Below are positions 12,868-26,726 of a stretch of 64,000 nt of DNA, piece by piece (position 1 is the stretch's first letter; the number at the start of each line of letters is the position of its first letter). The DNA lies in the NCBI GenBank assembly GCA_002633005.1, contig NMRA01000070.1, forward strand, positions 729,872 through 793,871, read 5' to 3'. The notes under the pieces were generated by a model. That model had not been told where the DNA came from. It did not search any database and saw nothing but the letters and a program-made list of their open reading frames with translations. The DNA is from Phoronis australis. Taxonomy: Eukaryota; Animalia; Phoronida. The position numbers and the translations under genes were made by a program.

Positions 12868-13892
12868 TTTATCCCATATATATGAAAATATAGCCATTGT
12901 ATATGTGACGTATTCAACTGTGATATACGGCAAAGTAGAGCCAATCCGTATATCACGGTGGAAGGCGAATTCAACGGTAGAAGCCGTATTTCACGGCTGG
13001 TAAGCAGTCTGTGGTGGAGTAAATTCGCGTGTACAACGCCAAATTTTATTGGGCTCAATCTTTTGGGTTACTTAAATCATTAATTCTAGGCGTCGTTCCC
13101 GTAAAAGCAGATTCACTGCTCTAAAAACAGAAAAGATTTAACGAAGAAAATTCCGACGCACGGTGATTAAGGCCTCGCTGAAGTTTCAATCTGGGTCATC
13201 ATACATAGAATAGGCCACTGAGTAAGGTCACTGGGAAGTAAAATATGCCAAAGTCTATTTAAAATCCAAGAAAAAAGTTTCGTTCTGGATGCATACAGTA
13301 TTTCTACCCTGAGATCTAAGGTATTTACAGGAAATCAAGACCTTATAACGAGTACGTGCTTTTTTACTGAGGCAATCGTCTGCTTGCACCAACTCTCCGC
13401 TGCCAGCCGTGAGGTAAAACTTCTGCTTTGCAATAGTCCTTACCTCAAGTTCTGCAAATCAGCACAGTTTCCACCATTATTTTCCAACGCCGTAATCAAC
13501 AGGGGAAAATGTTTCTATTACTATTAACAATCCAGAACACACGAAAATAGACCAAGAAAACTAAGAAATTCATCGTAGTAAACAACTCAGTTCAGGGAAT
13601 GTTTCAATTTTCATATTCCTGGATACATTGTTTCTAAGTTTCCGACAAACTTTTGATAGAATTGAATGGTTCAGTGCTTTAACTTGTATATTTCACAATC
13701 TAAAACTTACGATCAATTTAATACGCAATAAAACTTTACTGGTTATTCAACACTTTCGCGGATTGTCTTGTAGCTTAACCAGTTCTGGTACCGTATTTTG
13801 CATACATATGACGCCATATAGCAACAAGCGGGATCACACGGCAACAAGGTATTGCCACGACGATGCAAATAAATCCAAATATATGGGACAAA
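12868..13892. mobile_element. Putative third TA-rich TIR element abutting the previous two
   Basis: Ends TTTATCCCATATAT / ATATATGGGACAAA (13/14), plus an internal inverted pair GTGATATACGG / CCGTATATCAC near 12920-12956. Confidence 0.5.
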
Positions 13893-15711
13893 TAGGTTAT
13901 CCCACATACATAGGAATACTACTATTTATTTTATCTGTGAATGTCTTTTGCTTGGGACAGAGCAGCTCCGTATGTACTATGTACCCTCAGTTATTTCATT
14001 CACCGAATCGCTATAATATTACGTCAACGACGTGTACATATGATAGAAAGATACCGGAAAAAAACGAAGACAAAACGTAGTTTTGATCGTGAGGGAGTTG
14101 TGTGTCTGGATGCATACGACCGTTGAGAACGAATGGTACGAGTCGCCTCACGCCTCTGTGATTTTGTGTTCACGAGCACAGCAAGTTGCGGAAAGAGATA
14201 AATTCTCACCCAAATTCCTGAGTTCGGGTAATTTGAAATTTCGCTGTTTCGAGCTTATGCTCACAACGAGGTTTAACCACCGACTCATTTGGGTTCCATA
14301 TCAGTCTCCCATCGTGTGGTGGGTTCAAAATGAACTGTTGATCTGATTTAAAGTGGACCACAATGTGTCAGCTTGACCCACTTACATGTATATGTTGGCT
14401 CCGTCCGTGACTTAGTTGGACTCGACGCACTGGAAATCGACTTGAATAAGTAAACTTTTGTGACAATTAAGTTAATTACGCACTGCAAACTGAGATGACA
14501 CTGCGCGAAAATGTTGAAATAATGAACGCGGCTAAGGGGTGTATAGGTCGTATAGACCGAAAATAAATTTACCCAGAATAATTAACCAAAAACATTGAGA
14601 CTTTCAGCTCTCACTATTTAATCGGCTTTTATTCGGCTTCGGCAAATCGACTTAAGTTGATCTTAGGAGCACGCGTTCTCGAAAACAGATTTCGCTGAAA
14701 CTTTCCAAACTTTATATTTGTTCATCAAACTTGAAAAACTTTGTCAGGATTTTTGATATCAAGACATGTTTTTTGTGTAAGAAAAGAAGACGAATACAAA
14801 TTCGAAAGTTGATTTGTCACAGAAACCAAACCACACCAAAAGACTAATAAGACATTCCTAACAGCGTTTTGCAGCTAACTGGTGAAGTTTTCATTTTTAT
14901 AAAAGGTTTCATTAGAATCGACCATGAGGTTATTTTTCTATGAGTGTACGTTTCTTAAAAATGAAAGTTTGAATTAAGAAGGTGTTAACGTAATAAAAGT
15001 AATGGTGCATAAATGCAAAATATGTTTTTATAATACCTGATTTTTTTCTTTCAGAAAATATATACTTTTAGTAGTTGACAAAGCCTAGTTTTTTGATATA
15101 CAAGTTAGAATGGAAGCCACTAAATAAGGTTTGAGATAACTTTAAGAATCCAGTGAATCAGTATGCTCGTATGCATGATTTTATTTGCTTATTCAAACAT
15201 GGAATCACGTCTAAAAGACGGACAATGTAACATGTAAGCAACAAACTGAAATTTAAACTGAACGCTTTTTATTAATGACACAGATACCATCTTTCAGTGA
15301 TTCAGAGCTGTCGTGTGTCCACCGAGGACAACCGCTTCTATTCTGGATCATGTACATTCTGGTCATCGCACTCAAGGGCGTGGGTGCGCTCTAATTGTAA
15401 GAACACCATGTTAGATGGTTATCGGTCTTCCATCACGAAAATCAACTCTTCACTTAGAACACTTATTGTTGGTATGAAATTGACCTCAAATTGTTCCAAA
15501 ATGAAAATAGATGAGAATACTGGGCTTGGCAATGACGCACACTTTGTTATTGTTTGAGACAGTATCTACAGGTTGACTTGTCACGACAGGTCATTTTACT
15601 CACATTGCATGGTCTCGAGCAAGGATGAATTGCCAGTTCTTTGCAAGACCTATATGTTTCTCATCTTAATACAAGCTGAGTCCAATTTTATATTTTTTTA
15701 TACTAATTTTA

Positions 15712-18700
15712 TCCTGACGAAAGCTGATGGACTGTGTAACTCTGTAGGTCAGTAGATCAAAAAGAAGAAGAGGTGTCACAAGCGTTTGTGCAGTAAACAG
15801 TTGCATGTCCTGGTATAGCCTATACAGTATTAGTATACTGCTGTAGAAGACTAAGTGTCCGACCAAAAATTGAAAGGACATAGAAAGGCATAGCAACGTT
15901 TCAAGACACCAGCAGTAGTACTAAAGCTGAATTTTCTGAAATTGATACAGATGTTATCCAAGATTTCCCCAAAAATCAGTTATTCTTTCAAAATCTGAAA
16001 CACCCAATTAACCTGAACAAGACACGAACATTCTAATCGAAACAGGAGTTCATCATTTGTTAGCAGGAAAAGTATATTATTGAACACATTTCAAGAAAGA
16101 GAAAGAAGTAACAACTATGTAGCTTTGAAAAAGAGGTACATGCTTTTGAAAGGTACATCTTGGTTTTTTTCAAGTGTGTTTCAATATTATCACCAGTTGT
16201 TTTTTTAACTTGTTTAGCCCCTTGGCTGCCTAGGCCTTAGACAATACCGCTGACCCAGTAGAGACGGTGATCATACCATAGGTACTTCATATGCCGTATG
16301 CCTTTCGGCAAATTGTGCATCACACTGGTTAAAAACATCATGTTCTTAAAAGTTTAGAAGTACCGCGTAGAGAGATGCCTCTGAGGAGACCGTTAATGTT
16401 TTCATTTGTTCCCAGTTTAAACAAATATTCCTGCACTAATGTTTTTCGAGCACTCCCTTGTTCAGTTGCCACATCGACACTGCTTGCGCCAAGAGATAAT
16501 CATATGGCGTTATACTGTGGTTTTGATTTTAAGCACTTTAAGTAAAAAAAATTAGAGAAGGTCAAATGGAGTAGATGGTTGCAACCAACATGCCCAAGTG
16601 GCCGTCATTCCCTGGCGTAGTCCTGGGATAGGGGGAACCTCTTATTTTTTGTAAACATTAATTACATAGGTACCTGTAATGGTAGTTAAATTAAAGTGCC
16701 TAAGTGGCCAGCGTCCCCGTCGTAATTTGAGGACGGTGGAAGCCATTGTCAAATGTTGATTACTTTAAAGGAGCATGCCACCCAAAAAACAACCTAATTT
16801 GTATCAATTTAGATCGAGTAGTTCTACTTCATAACGACACGTACGGTTGCGTTACCTGACACCTGACGGCAGACGGAGGTGTTGAAATTATCCAATGACG
16901 TCATCAGTTTCACACGCAGTCTGCTCAGCAGCTCACAACACGGGTTACTGGTGTCAGCTTATCGCTTGAAGTCATCGTTTAACACCAATAAATCATCAAA
17001 CTTCGATGTAGAATCCTTAAAAATACAACGAGTTCTTACAAAAATGTGTTGTTTTATTTCGCTCTTACGGATTTATTGGTATTTGGACACACCGTAGCCT
17101 ACAAAGTTTGGCAGGCCAATAAGGTCCGTAGCAGGAGTTTGGGGTCTGTTCGGAGATAATTTCGAAGTATTTTCCGTGAGATACATACAGGAGAACCTAG
17201 ATCTGTGTTATTTAGACTTGTGTTTTTTGAGTTCTAAACACAAAACGCTTGTTATCCTGCCCAGTGGCTCGGAGCCCGATCAGGCCCGTCGCGGCCTGCC
17301 GGATTGACTCGTTATAACGGTCAGTGAGTGGCTCGGAAACTGATAAGACATCACGAACATAAAACAGCCAAAGTTCACTGGAAACTTAACTTCCGGTCAA
17401 GAAAATACTATACTAGTGAGCCAAAGTAATGTGCACCTGATTATGTTGGTGAATTAGCCACGAAACTGCAAATCTACTTACTCACTCGTCGGGGACCGCG
17501 AATTTATGTTCCGCTTTGACCACAGCACCGTCAGGGCAGAAGTTGTACATTGACAATCATTATTTGAGAATTATAAAAGGAAATAAAGATTCCCCTAACA
17601 CCTGGCCGTGGGATGGAAATCGAGTTGTTTCACAACAGCTTCTGCCAGCAAACAATAACTTAGCATGAGGTCACACGGCCTCGATGTACCGTCAATCATG
17701 AATTAGTTTTATTGCACCTAAAGCCGGTAAAGCAGTGATTTATTCATTGCTGCCTTCTCAAATCATTTGCACTCACTAACACTCCAAAGGCATTACAAAT
17801 TGCATCTAAAGAGACAGACTTTGTTTCAGTTTTATATAAGTATTGGTTAGGGTGAGAATAATTCATTTTGAAACAGAACGCTCAGTAATAAACGCCAACA
17901 TGGCAACTCTGGCGCAATCCCGACTTAGGACGAGCTACAGCTCATCAGTCCCGACTTCGCAGGTGGATCGTTAAGTTTTACAGGCTATCAATTCGAACAG
18001 GGATGCAGTGATGAAGAAATACTAGAGAGTCGCCGTGAACAAGCTCAGACAACGGAACGTATGGAGTTATTTGGTAAGCCGGCATTCGTCAGGCACTGCC
18101 GACGTCTGCAGGCCACAGACACGGAGATGTTTCACGGCCTCATACTTGCTATTTACAGCGTACATTTCATTCTTCACTTCCATGAGCCACTTCCTAAGTA
18201 TTTCTGTCTCTCGAGGAAGTAAAAGACGATATACCCGCTTTCCTCGCAGCTGCTTAGTTCGGACAAGCGGGAACGATGCACCGCAACGTAGCGGCATTCA
18301 CTCTGCATATGAACCACTGACGTCGCTAGCGTCGTTTCTCACCTTCCTCAAAGGTTAACGTGACACCTCTTGGCAAGGTAAGGTCGACCGTATGCGAGGC
18401 GATGTGGATATAAACCGATTACGATGGCAAAAAAGACTAATTAAATCGGGTGGCATTCTCCTTTAAGTGTAAATCGACTGACTATGGTATGAGCATCTGA
18501 TTTAAAAAAATAAATTTCAATCACTGCACTGGTATATCAGCTGATTTATTTTAAGTTGCATCAACTAATATAATTATTAGACGATCAACATTTTTAGGCG
18601 ATAGATTAGACGGCAGGTAAATTTGTTAGGCTGGTGGTGGACCATTTCCTCAAAGTCCGTCTGAAAAATTTGCATGCCAATTCACTCATTGTTAAATGTT

Positions 18701-20170
18701 CAATTGGTCAGTGTTAACAGTTCTGGTTTGTTCAGTTGGACTTGTATCGCAAGCAACAGCTCACTTCAGAGCCCTGAATATGCAAATGAAATTCAAAGAC
18801 AAGGACCTTGTGTCTAAGAAGCCAAGTACCACAGATCATCATGCTATAAAAAATAGAAAGACAAAGATTGTGAAGAGTGACGAATCCAAAGTTTTCAGAG
18901 ATGTTTTTCTACAGTTTTGTTTGGAGTTCATTGAATCAAAGCTTCTAACACATGGAGATGTCATTTGCCTTTCAAAACTAAAGCAAGACTTTGAAGCTGT
19001 TCTTCAGAAAGCTGGTGTGCATGAAGTTATTTGGACAAGCAATCTGACTGTAATTAACACAGCCCATTATAACATATTTTGAAACAAACCTTTGCCCAAA
19101 TCCTGCCCGCCTCCAAACAAGGACTTAGTGTTTGACCTTTCATTGCTTGCGGGCCAATCACCAGTGTGCAGTGCTGTACCCTCTCTAATCGACCATAGTT
19201 GGCTCCTTGGCGGTGGAGCTTTGCAGTTAAAATGTATGGCAATGCCCGCAGCTTCATCGACAGTACTAATCGATGAACGCTGCAAGTGCAAAAAGAAAAT
19301 GTGTGCTGGGAAACTGAGTTTGTGCTGCAATGCTGGGTCAAACTGTACAGAAATGTGCAGCTGTGACGACTGTAGTAACATCAGCAACACTGACTGCATA
19401 ACATCGGATAGTTCTTTGACATGTCAACCCTAAATAGACCTCCAACCCCGTTATTTCGTGTTTTTTTGTATTAAAAAGTGCATTTTATTTGTTGAGTAAG
19501 CCACAGGAAGTACATACTTTGATCATTGTCAGGTATTTGTCTCATACTGCTTGATAAACGCTGTCAGAATAATCTATTATTTACATACACTCTATGTGCA
19601 CATTCACAAGGATCATTCAACTATATTGTTTTTGTACTATAACGTATTTCTGGTGTATTATGCAAACAAGCTATATTTTACACCATTAGTCAATGGTTCA
19701 GTCATTGAGGCACAAATTTTACCCAGTCTCAAGTGTTTTGTGTTATTTTTGTTGCGATACAATGCCAGAATAACCTCCTAGTAACATTCAGACTTTGTTT
19801 GTATTTCTGCCACTAGGTTTCACTTTACATTTTTTAGATTTCACTGTTTACAGTTAGTCTACAATAGTAAAACATGTAATGTGAGTGTATTATTGTTCAA
19901 TACAATGACATTGATGGGACCATATTACTTGTTTTACAAAAAAGATAGCAAAGGCTGTTGTTTTTACAAATATAAGTTCTATAAGCTGTATGGTGGTTAT
20001 TATGCAAATTCAAACTCAAATTTGTCAAAAATGTGCAACTTCATATGTGGTAACTTTTCAGATTTTGAAAATACTCTAGTAAATGAATTAAAAAACATCA
20101 AAATAAAATTGCTCCCCTAAAATACTCACAAAATCCATTTTCTAGAAGCCCTACAAATTCTGGCCCACCG
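15712..20170 (+). mobile_element. Academ-type transposon deletion derivative, copy 1 (left end missing, contains Kolobok copy B)
   Basis: Long inverted match to 38813-41630. Encodes the C-terminal Cys-rich finger (PSLIDHSW...RCKCKKKMCAGKLSLCCNAGSNCTEMCSCDDCSN, 19092-19433) and an N-terminal-region remnant (18696-19082). Right end TCTGGCCCACCG. Confidence 0.75.
16769..18462 (+). mobile_element. Kolobok-type element, copy B
   Basis: TTAA at 16765-16768 and 18463-18466 with the same TIRs as copy A. The homologous empty site has a single TTAA at 40617-40620. Confidence 0.9.
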
Positions 20171-20379
20171 CCATTGCTTGGTGTACATCAACAGTGTTGT
20201 ACTATAGCCAATCTACCCATAAAACGGGCAACTTGAATACTCATTTGAAAGGTATACAGTACAGAACCTGTATAATTAATAACATATCAACAACCCTGTC
20301 ACTGTTCTCAAACAGCACACTTTAATGTTATGCATATTTGGTGTTTGTAATTATGAAAGTCTGTGTTCAGCTACCATAT

Positions 20380-20960
20380 TACGCCAGTGATTTTGTGCAA
20401 TTGATACTTTCTTCTTGCCATGTCGGTAAAAACCAGAAATGATTACGTCTGTACAAGTTCATGTGGTAGCACGCGACGACAGGTGGTTGGAGACTGTTTC
20501 CATTTAATTAAAAGATCAAACTACACATGTGGCTTGGACGTACATGTACACATCTGTGTCCTCACTGTCAATGATAAATGAACAATTACAGTGCCGTTTC
20601 TTGAAACACTGGGAAGCAGCGTGGTTTTAGCCTCAGCATACTTACAGCCGAACCATTGCATGGCGTTCTGGAATTTAATTTGATTGACTCCCTAAGTTGC
20701 AATACACAAAGTTGCCTTCAACAACATTTTTTGTGTGTTACCTTTCAAGAGTATGGAGTCTGGCTTTGGTGTAGTAGTTGCCATATTGAGCTTGTTGAAT
20801 TCAGTAAGCCTTGGAAAGGCACCTATGGGCTTGGGATACCCATTTGGAACATGCTTGTATTTGGCTGCCAGCCGATCACGTTCGTGCATCCTTGATGCAA
20901 TATGGAAGATCATACTTCTCATTGAGAAGAATAAGGAATTGATCAGCCAATACTCATGAT
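20380..20960 (-). pseudogene. Academ-type transposase remnant, XPG/PIN-like nuclease region
   Basis: Frameshifted minus-strand motifs LNEKYDLPYCIKD, HERDRLAAKYKHVPNGYPK, FGCKYAEAKT (degenerate HxEADT), IIDSEDTDVY and ISGFYRHGKKKV. Confidence 0.65.
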
Positions 20961-21899
20961 TGAATTATGATCAGTGACGATGTGGATAGCTTTTGGCAGA
21001 GAGGGCCAGGTGAGAAATTGCTCCCCCATGATTCAATTTAATACGACCCTAATTGTGGCTGAACACAATTCACAGGGTTGTTAAATCACCTAACCAAACA
21101 AATGGCGCCGCCTAACAAACATTATTGTGCATCCAATATTCTTCTCCGTCGTAGCTTTATGAACGCAACTTGTAATAGAGCAGAACTCCTCTCTTCTTTG
21201 TGCGCGTGCCCTAAAAATGATGTCTTCGGAGCAAACATTGGGAGGACAGACGACGGTAACAGACAACCCCGTGATCTACAATATATTTAAATCCTGACTG
21301 GGTAGCTCATGTTGATACCAGCTTCTAATTTTCGACCTCGTACCTGACAGTTCATGGTCCAGTCTCGGATCCACAAGGCACTAGGCATGAAAGACATACA
21401 TGACGACCGGGGCACGTTGATTTAGTTGTCTTGCGACTGATTAGCGGGTGCGAAAGGCGAAAAAGGTTCTCTGTGTTTCTCACGCGCCTTGGCTTGTAAG
21501 AGGAACAATTAAAAACTTTGATACAGGAACAACACAACAAGAGTGAAAATTTTAATTATGCAGCTTAAAAAGCAGTACATTTTGTGAATTGGCGCCCCCA
21601 AAGTATGATTTTGGAGCCCCTGTAACGCTATTTAAGGGGGCTAAGCCCCTCCGCTACATCGCTACTGATTATAGTGTCTAGCCGCCCTGCACAACGGGCA
21701 TCGTTCTTGAACACTTTGCACAGTCCGTAACAGTCCTTCCATCTTCGTGTTATTTCCTAGACCTGTTGACAGATTTTACAAAGAATTTTTACTCTAAACT
21801 GGTCCCAGCTGTTGTTTTACGAAAAATAGTTGTTCTCAGCAACACGAAATCTAAATTAGAGTGCTAGAGCCAAAGCCAGTGCGAAGACTGGCCATACTT

Positions 21900-22753
21900 G
21901 TCAGCATCGAAATAGAAAAAAAGTTGAGTGCCAGCCAGCCAGGATGCAATAGATGAACATGCCGTGACGGATCTTCAGAGCTACCTGAAGGACACTAGTG
22001 CAGATCCTCTCGATAAGTCTTTACTCGTGTTCAGGTCGTTTCAGTCTGAACTGGTTGCTTCACCACATTTAGTTCAAGATGTGACAACTACAGTCGATAC
22101 AGTTTTTAAAGAGAGAGGTCTCCCCTGAGATCAACCTCTTTTTGCACTAATTAAGAAAAACATAATGAAGAGTTTTGTCAGTGAAGTACATGTACCCACT
22201 AAGTCAACCAGTCCACCAGGTAAGAAAACAGCCCAAATAGAGTAATCTGGCGTATCAGCCCTGATAGATCTAATTGATAGATTTGGTCTAATCAGTTTTG
22301 ATTCCGCTCTAAAGAGGAAAGATACTGAAGAAGGGCTCTCGTTTTCTGAATATGATGATTCTTTGAGGAAAATTGCAAAAAAGCAAGATTCTGGAACACT
22401 GAACCTAGAATCGATTACTGAGATGCAACAAGAATATATTGGCTTGGTACACATGGCTCTAATATGGAGGAAACCCACTCCTACATCGTAGCATCGTGAA
22501 GCACGGAAGCGAGACGGTCGTGTTTGCTTCTGGGCTACAGAAGATGTGCTCGGTCACTGTCTCACTTCATCAAGAGTCTCCGCTCCTTGTTCTTCTCAGT
22601 GACAAATATAATCTTTCATAGAACACCTAGCCAATGCTCAGCTTACAAGGGTTGGTTTACCAACCACACAGCACCAGATTGGCGGGCAACCAAACATCAG
22701 TGTTTCGGTGATTTATTAGTTGAAATATCTAAATTATAGATTCTGGCCCAGTA
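21900..22753 (+). pseudogene. Academ-type transposase remnant with probable right terminus
   Basis: Read through stops: DPLDKSLLVFRSFQSELVAS..FKERGL..LFALIKKN..EEGLSFSEYDDSLRKIAKK..YIGLVHMALIWRKPTP. Terminus-like ATTCTGGCCCAGTA at 22740-22753. Confidence 0.55.
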
Positions 22754-24084
22754 TATTTTTTCATAAAATTCAGCGAAACCTAGCGATCATTCTGAGAAGC
22801 TCAGTTACGCTTTATGGTTCTCAGCACGAAGACGAGCTTGAGTAACGCTCGGTAAAAAGTGTTTTGCAGCCCGTAATGTCAATGACATGCCAAAGGTTAA
22901 GTTTCTAAGGATGTTACTGGTTTACAAAGGTTGTAATTTCGTTAACGAGCGACTCAATACTCACTAGGTGGCGCTCAGGAATAAAAGTCCGTTGTAACGT
23001 TTGAATAGATTGAGACCAGAAGGTAATTCATCAGCATGAGGACATTTGTGTGATAAGGGACCCGCGTGATTTGCCTGAATGTGGGCATTTCTATGGCGAG
23101 GTCCCTTGCTTCACCTGTGACATCTAGTGAATTTCGAGCTCCTCATTATAACACTGAGTTCACTCAAAAGTAGAACAGAAAATGGTAAATAGATTTTCGA
23201 GTTCAAAGATGAGATCCCTGGCCCTGACCAGCTTCTGTTAGCGTACACGTATACAATGGTCGTGCCAAAGGATAAAACGCACCCGCGGCTCAAAAACACG
23301 CCATTTGTGTTCCTTACAGCTAAGAAGTTGGCGAAGCGGACACAGCAGAGGTCTGTATTGGTGTGTGTGAGAGAAAGAAAAAGAGTTGACAACAGAACAC
23401 TGAGACCTACATGCATTGCTAAGTATCTATGTAAAAGCAACACATTAAAATGAGTTATTCAAAATGTTATTTTATCACAGTTCTCTCAAGTAATATTAAA
23501 CTTAAAACAGACTCGGTCGTTGTAAGAAAGTATTCTCGTGTTCGAAGCCGGTGGGACCAGTATCAAAAAGGTTAGCCTCGCTCCGACCTGCGTCAAAAGA
23601 CAAAAGACTCTCACGAGCACTACTTGGGACCAAAACGGTGCATGGACTATCATGGAAATTTTTAACTGTTTGGTGTTAACCTCATGGTCGTATTTAATCA
23701 GTTTACTTAATAATGCAATTACAATTCGTATTTATCAACCTTTCGCCATTTTAGTGAACTACGTATATTTCACTAGCGTGATAAAAATTCACATTCAGTT
23801 CTTTACTCAGTTTAGATGAATAGATTACTTAACTCGGGGAGAACTGGCTATTGGTTCAGAAGAAGCTCACTGTGTGAATGTTTGGAACCAGACTGAAAAG
23901 TTGGAGATATTGAACAGTTGGATATATCTGAGAAAATTATTGTTACCAGTTTTAACTTTTACACTAAACCAGAAGGCAATAATGCTGTATACAGAAACAG
24001 AAATGTGCCTCCGATCTAGAAAGGTGTTTTAGAAACGAGAAAATGGTTTAAAGCCACTTCACATGTATACGGGTATCGCGCGTT

Positions 24085-24087
<3 letters not shown>

Positions 24088-24174
<87 letters not shown>

Positions 24175-24195
24175 TATATATACATGTACATATAT
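24088..24195. repeat. (TA)n / (TATACA)n compound microsatellite
   Basis: Directly visible. Confidence 0.97.
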
Positions 24196-24317
24196 CAATC
24201 TTTTTTATAATCTGTCACACCAGACGCTTCTTGCAGTATTGACAATGCCCTCACAAAAGCATCGAGCAAACATTAGGCGGGTTCATGAAAAGTTTTATTT
24301 AATCTTTTAAAATTGAT

Positions 24318-24447
24318 TGTCTATATTTCATTATCCAATAAGGGTTTTGCGGTTAAATAGTTATAGTTTCAAACTTATAATGTCTATATTTCATTATCCA
24401 AGAAGGGTTTTGCGGTTAATTAATTATAGTTTCAAACTTATAAAAAG
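24318..24447 (+). promoter_or_regulatory. Candidate TATA promoter for MACPF copy 2, within a 63-bp tandem duplication
   Basis: Units 24318-24380 and 24381-24443 differ at 3 positions. TATAAAAAG at 24439-24447. RUNX-consensus TGCGGTT at 24348 and 24411, and in reverse at 24612. CCAAT in unit 1. Confidence 0.5.
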
Positions 24448-24518
24448 GAACTGTCTTGTCCTTCGAGTGCGGATAAAACCAAAAAATTGACACGCAGCTG
24501 TTTTAAGAAGAGGAGGCA

Positions 24519-24533
24519 ATGGCGATTAACATG
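24519..24533 (+). CDS. Putative first coding exon (MAINM) of MACPF copy 2
   Basis: ATG GCG ATT AAC ATG followed by consensus donor GTAAGT (24534), phase 0, 80 nt after a TATA box. It joins in frame to the acceptor at 34092 to give MAINMVNVTRLLAICLALNCVNA. Confidence 0.55.
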
Positions 24534-25092
24534 GTAAGTAAAAGCTTTGCTTTCTCTCTGTCCGGCCTTCAAATATAACCCTTTAGACGTTAATAGTTAG
24601 CTGTTCAATTAAACCGCAACTATGTAACACCAAAACGTAGAAATTTGTGTCGTCCTAATCAACAATATGTCAACCGAACTGTACACATCAAGCATTTCAT
24701 GTATATTCAATCCAATACCGCTATCATTTTAAGTGACCACGCAGTTGCTACCCTGTTACACTGTTACACTGAACAACCTCAAAGAAAAGCTTACGTACAA
24801 AATGCGCAACACATACAACAAAACTGACCAAGGTTTTCACTGACAGTAATAGTTTACACGACAGCTATATTCGCCTGACATAAAATGCTCCAGGAACAGA
24901 ATTCTTAAATAGAGGTATTTCTCATCAAGGAAACATATCAACTGAGGAAGTCGAGTGATCCCTGAGAACTGGTATAAAACTCCAATATCAGGTTAACACA
25001 TGCGGCATATGCTTTGGTTCATGTTTTGAACTTCAATATCACGCGTACGCTTGAAACTTTCCGTCAACAACTGCCCGACGACCCTAAAAAAT

Positions 25093-25978
25093 CAGGGTGT
25101 TCCCTCGAAACAGGAACCCCGGTGCAAAAACAGATATCGCGCAGTTAACCATCCCGACAAACTCGAACCCCAAAACTCTAAAACAGGAACGCCGGGGATC
25201 GGACAGGACACCCGGGAATCGAAACACCACTCCGTGCACTTACTGTCAGACATTGCCTGATGAAAAATAAATCTTCCTACATAAAATAGTTGTTGTGTTA
25301 TGTTGTTTTACTATATGAGAATTTTAGACAACGGATTGGCGCTCTACGTTATTCTGCTGCTAAAGTTGTGGTGTGATTCGTTGCGTCGGCTTTCGGCGCC
25401 ATGAAATATTGGGTCACTTATTAGCCAGTTTGTTTTTTCCCCAATTCGCCAATCAACTGTTCTTCTTCCACGAGGTTGCGTATATGTCACAACAAATTAA
25501 TCAACAAGGGCACTCGAATATCGAAATAATATTTTTGTTTTTCATTTTTTAAAATATTTTGCAGAAACTATTGAATAATCTGAAATCAACACAATATTCA
25601 CCGAGATAACTACGAGTTGAGAGTATACATTATGTTGAAATTTGCCCACAGACAAGTTGCACAAGTTTTACTCATAAAAATCAAGCAACAAAGTAAATAT
25701 ATCAGTTACGTTTTATTATTGACAATTTTAACAAGCAAATGCAGAAAAGAACTGGAAAGTACTTGAAGATGCTTTAATTCAACATTTGAAGCTACTGACA
25801 ACGGTCTAAAGAAAACTTGAAAAATTGTCCGGGTTTCTTGTCCGATCCCCGAGGTTTCTGATTTGAAAGTCGGGGTTCATTTTTTGGGGTGGTTAGCTGT
25901 TTTGATGGTGCGGGAGCCTGTTTTCAAATCCGGGATATCTGTTTTACACCGAAGTTCTTGTTTTGCTCGAACACATTG
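25093..25978. mobile_element. Non-autonomous DNA transposon with long imperfect TIRs
   Basis: 25093-25217 is an imperfect inverted copy of 25826-25978 (e.g. GGGGATCGGACAGGACACCCGG / CCGGGTTTCTTGTCCGATCCCC). Termini are CA..TG and both flanks are AAAAT. Confidence 0.65.
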
Positions 25979-26726
25979 AAAATGCAAACATGCAGTTATT
26001 TACATTGCAATGCAAGTGATCTGTTATATTTGAAGACACAATTGACTAGCTACACAAGGGTCCTATATAGCTTCAATTTTACTGAAATTAAACCCCGTTC
26101 TCCATTGTTTACCCCATGCGTGGAAAAGGTCCAAAATAGCATATTATCCTCAGGACAAGACAAACAGGGAGCCAAGTAGATTACCTCACTTCAACTTATT
26201 CAGGTCATCAACAAAATTATTCATAAACGTTATAAAATTTCGGCAGACAGCATATCACGCTAGAAAACAAGAAAACTTAAAGGGGACTAATCGTTTCTCT
26301 GCCACTCAAACAGAATTCGACCTGCTCACCAGGAATTTTTATGGTTTTTGTCAAAGTATTTTTCGTTTAGTTTCAAATTTCAGAAAATGATTCGTCAACC
26401 GCTCGTCACTTCGTCTCCTTATTTGGAATGACAAAGCATAGACGTACCACATTTTCCATTAAGGGAAATGTGACGTTTGAAATTTGATGAAAACTAAACA
26501 ATGGTGACTTCAAGTAGCATCCAGTCTGATTAGGAGGCAATTCATATAAGCCCTAGGTGTTTGAAATCAGTTATAAAAGTGTCATAGTCTGCAAATACAT
26601 TCTAAAAATGCAATTGTAATTATTTTTTGGAAAATTTCTTGCTTCACTGGCTTGCCTCATGCTGTGCTGTCGACCTCAGATTCGGAGTGCGATCACACGT
26701 GATAATCTGCCTTTAATACACATCAG

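Noticed and set aside
18696-19082. ORF with a signal-peptide-like start (MFNWSVLTVLVCSVGLVSQATA)
   Set aside because: It lies inside an Academ derivative, and the homologous region of the second copy (about 40200-40390) has indels that break this frame.
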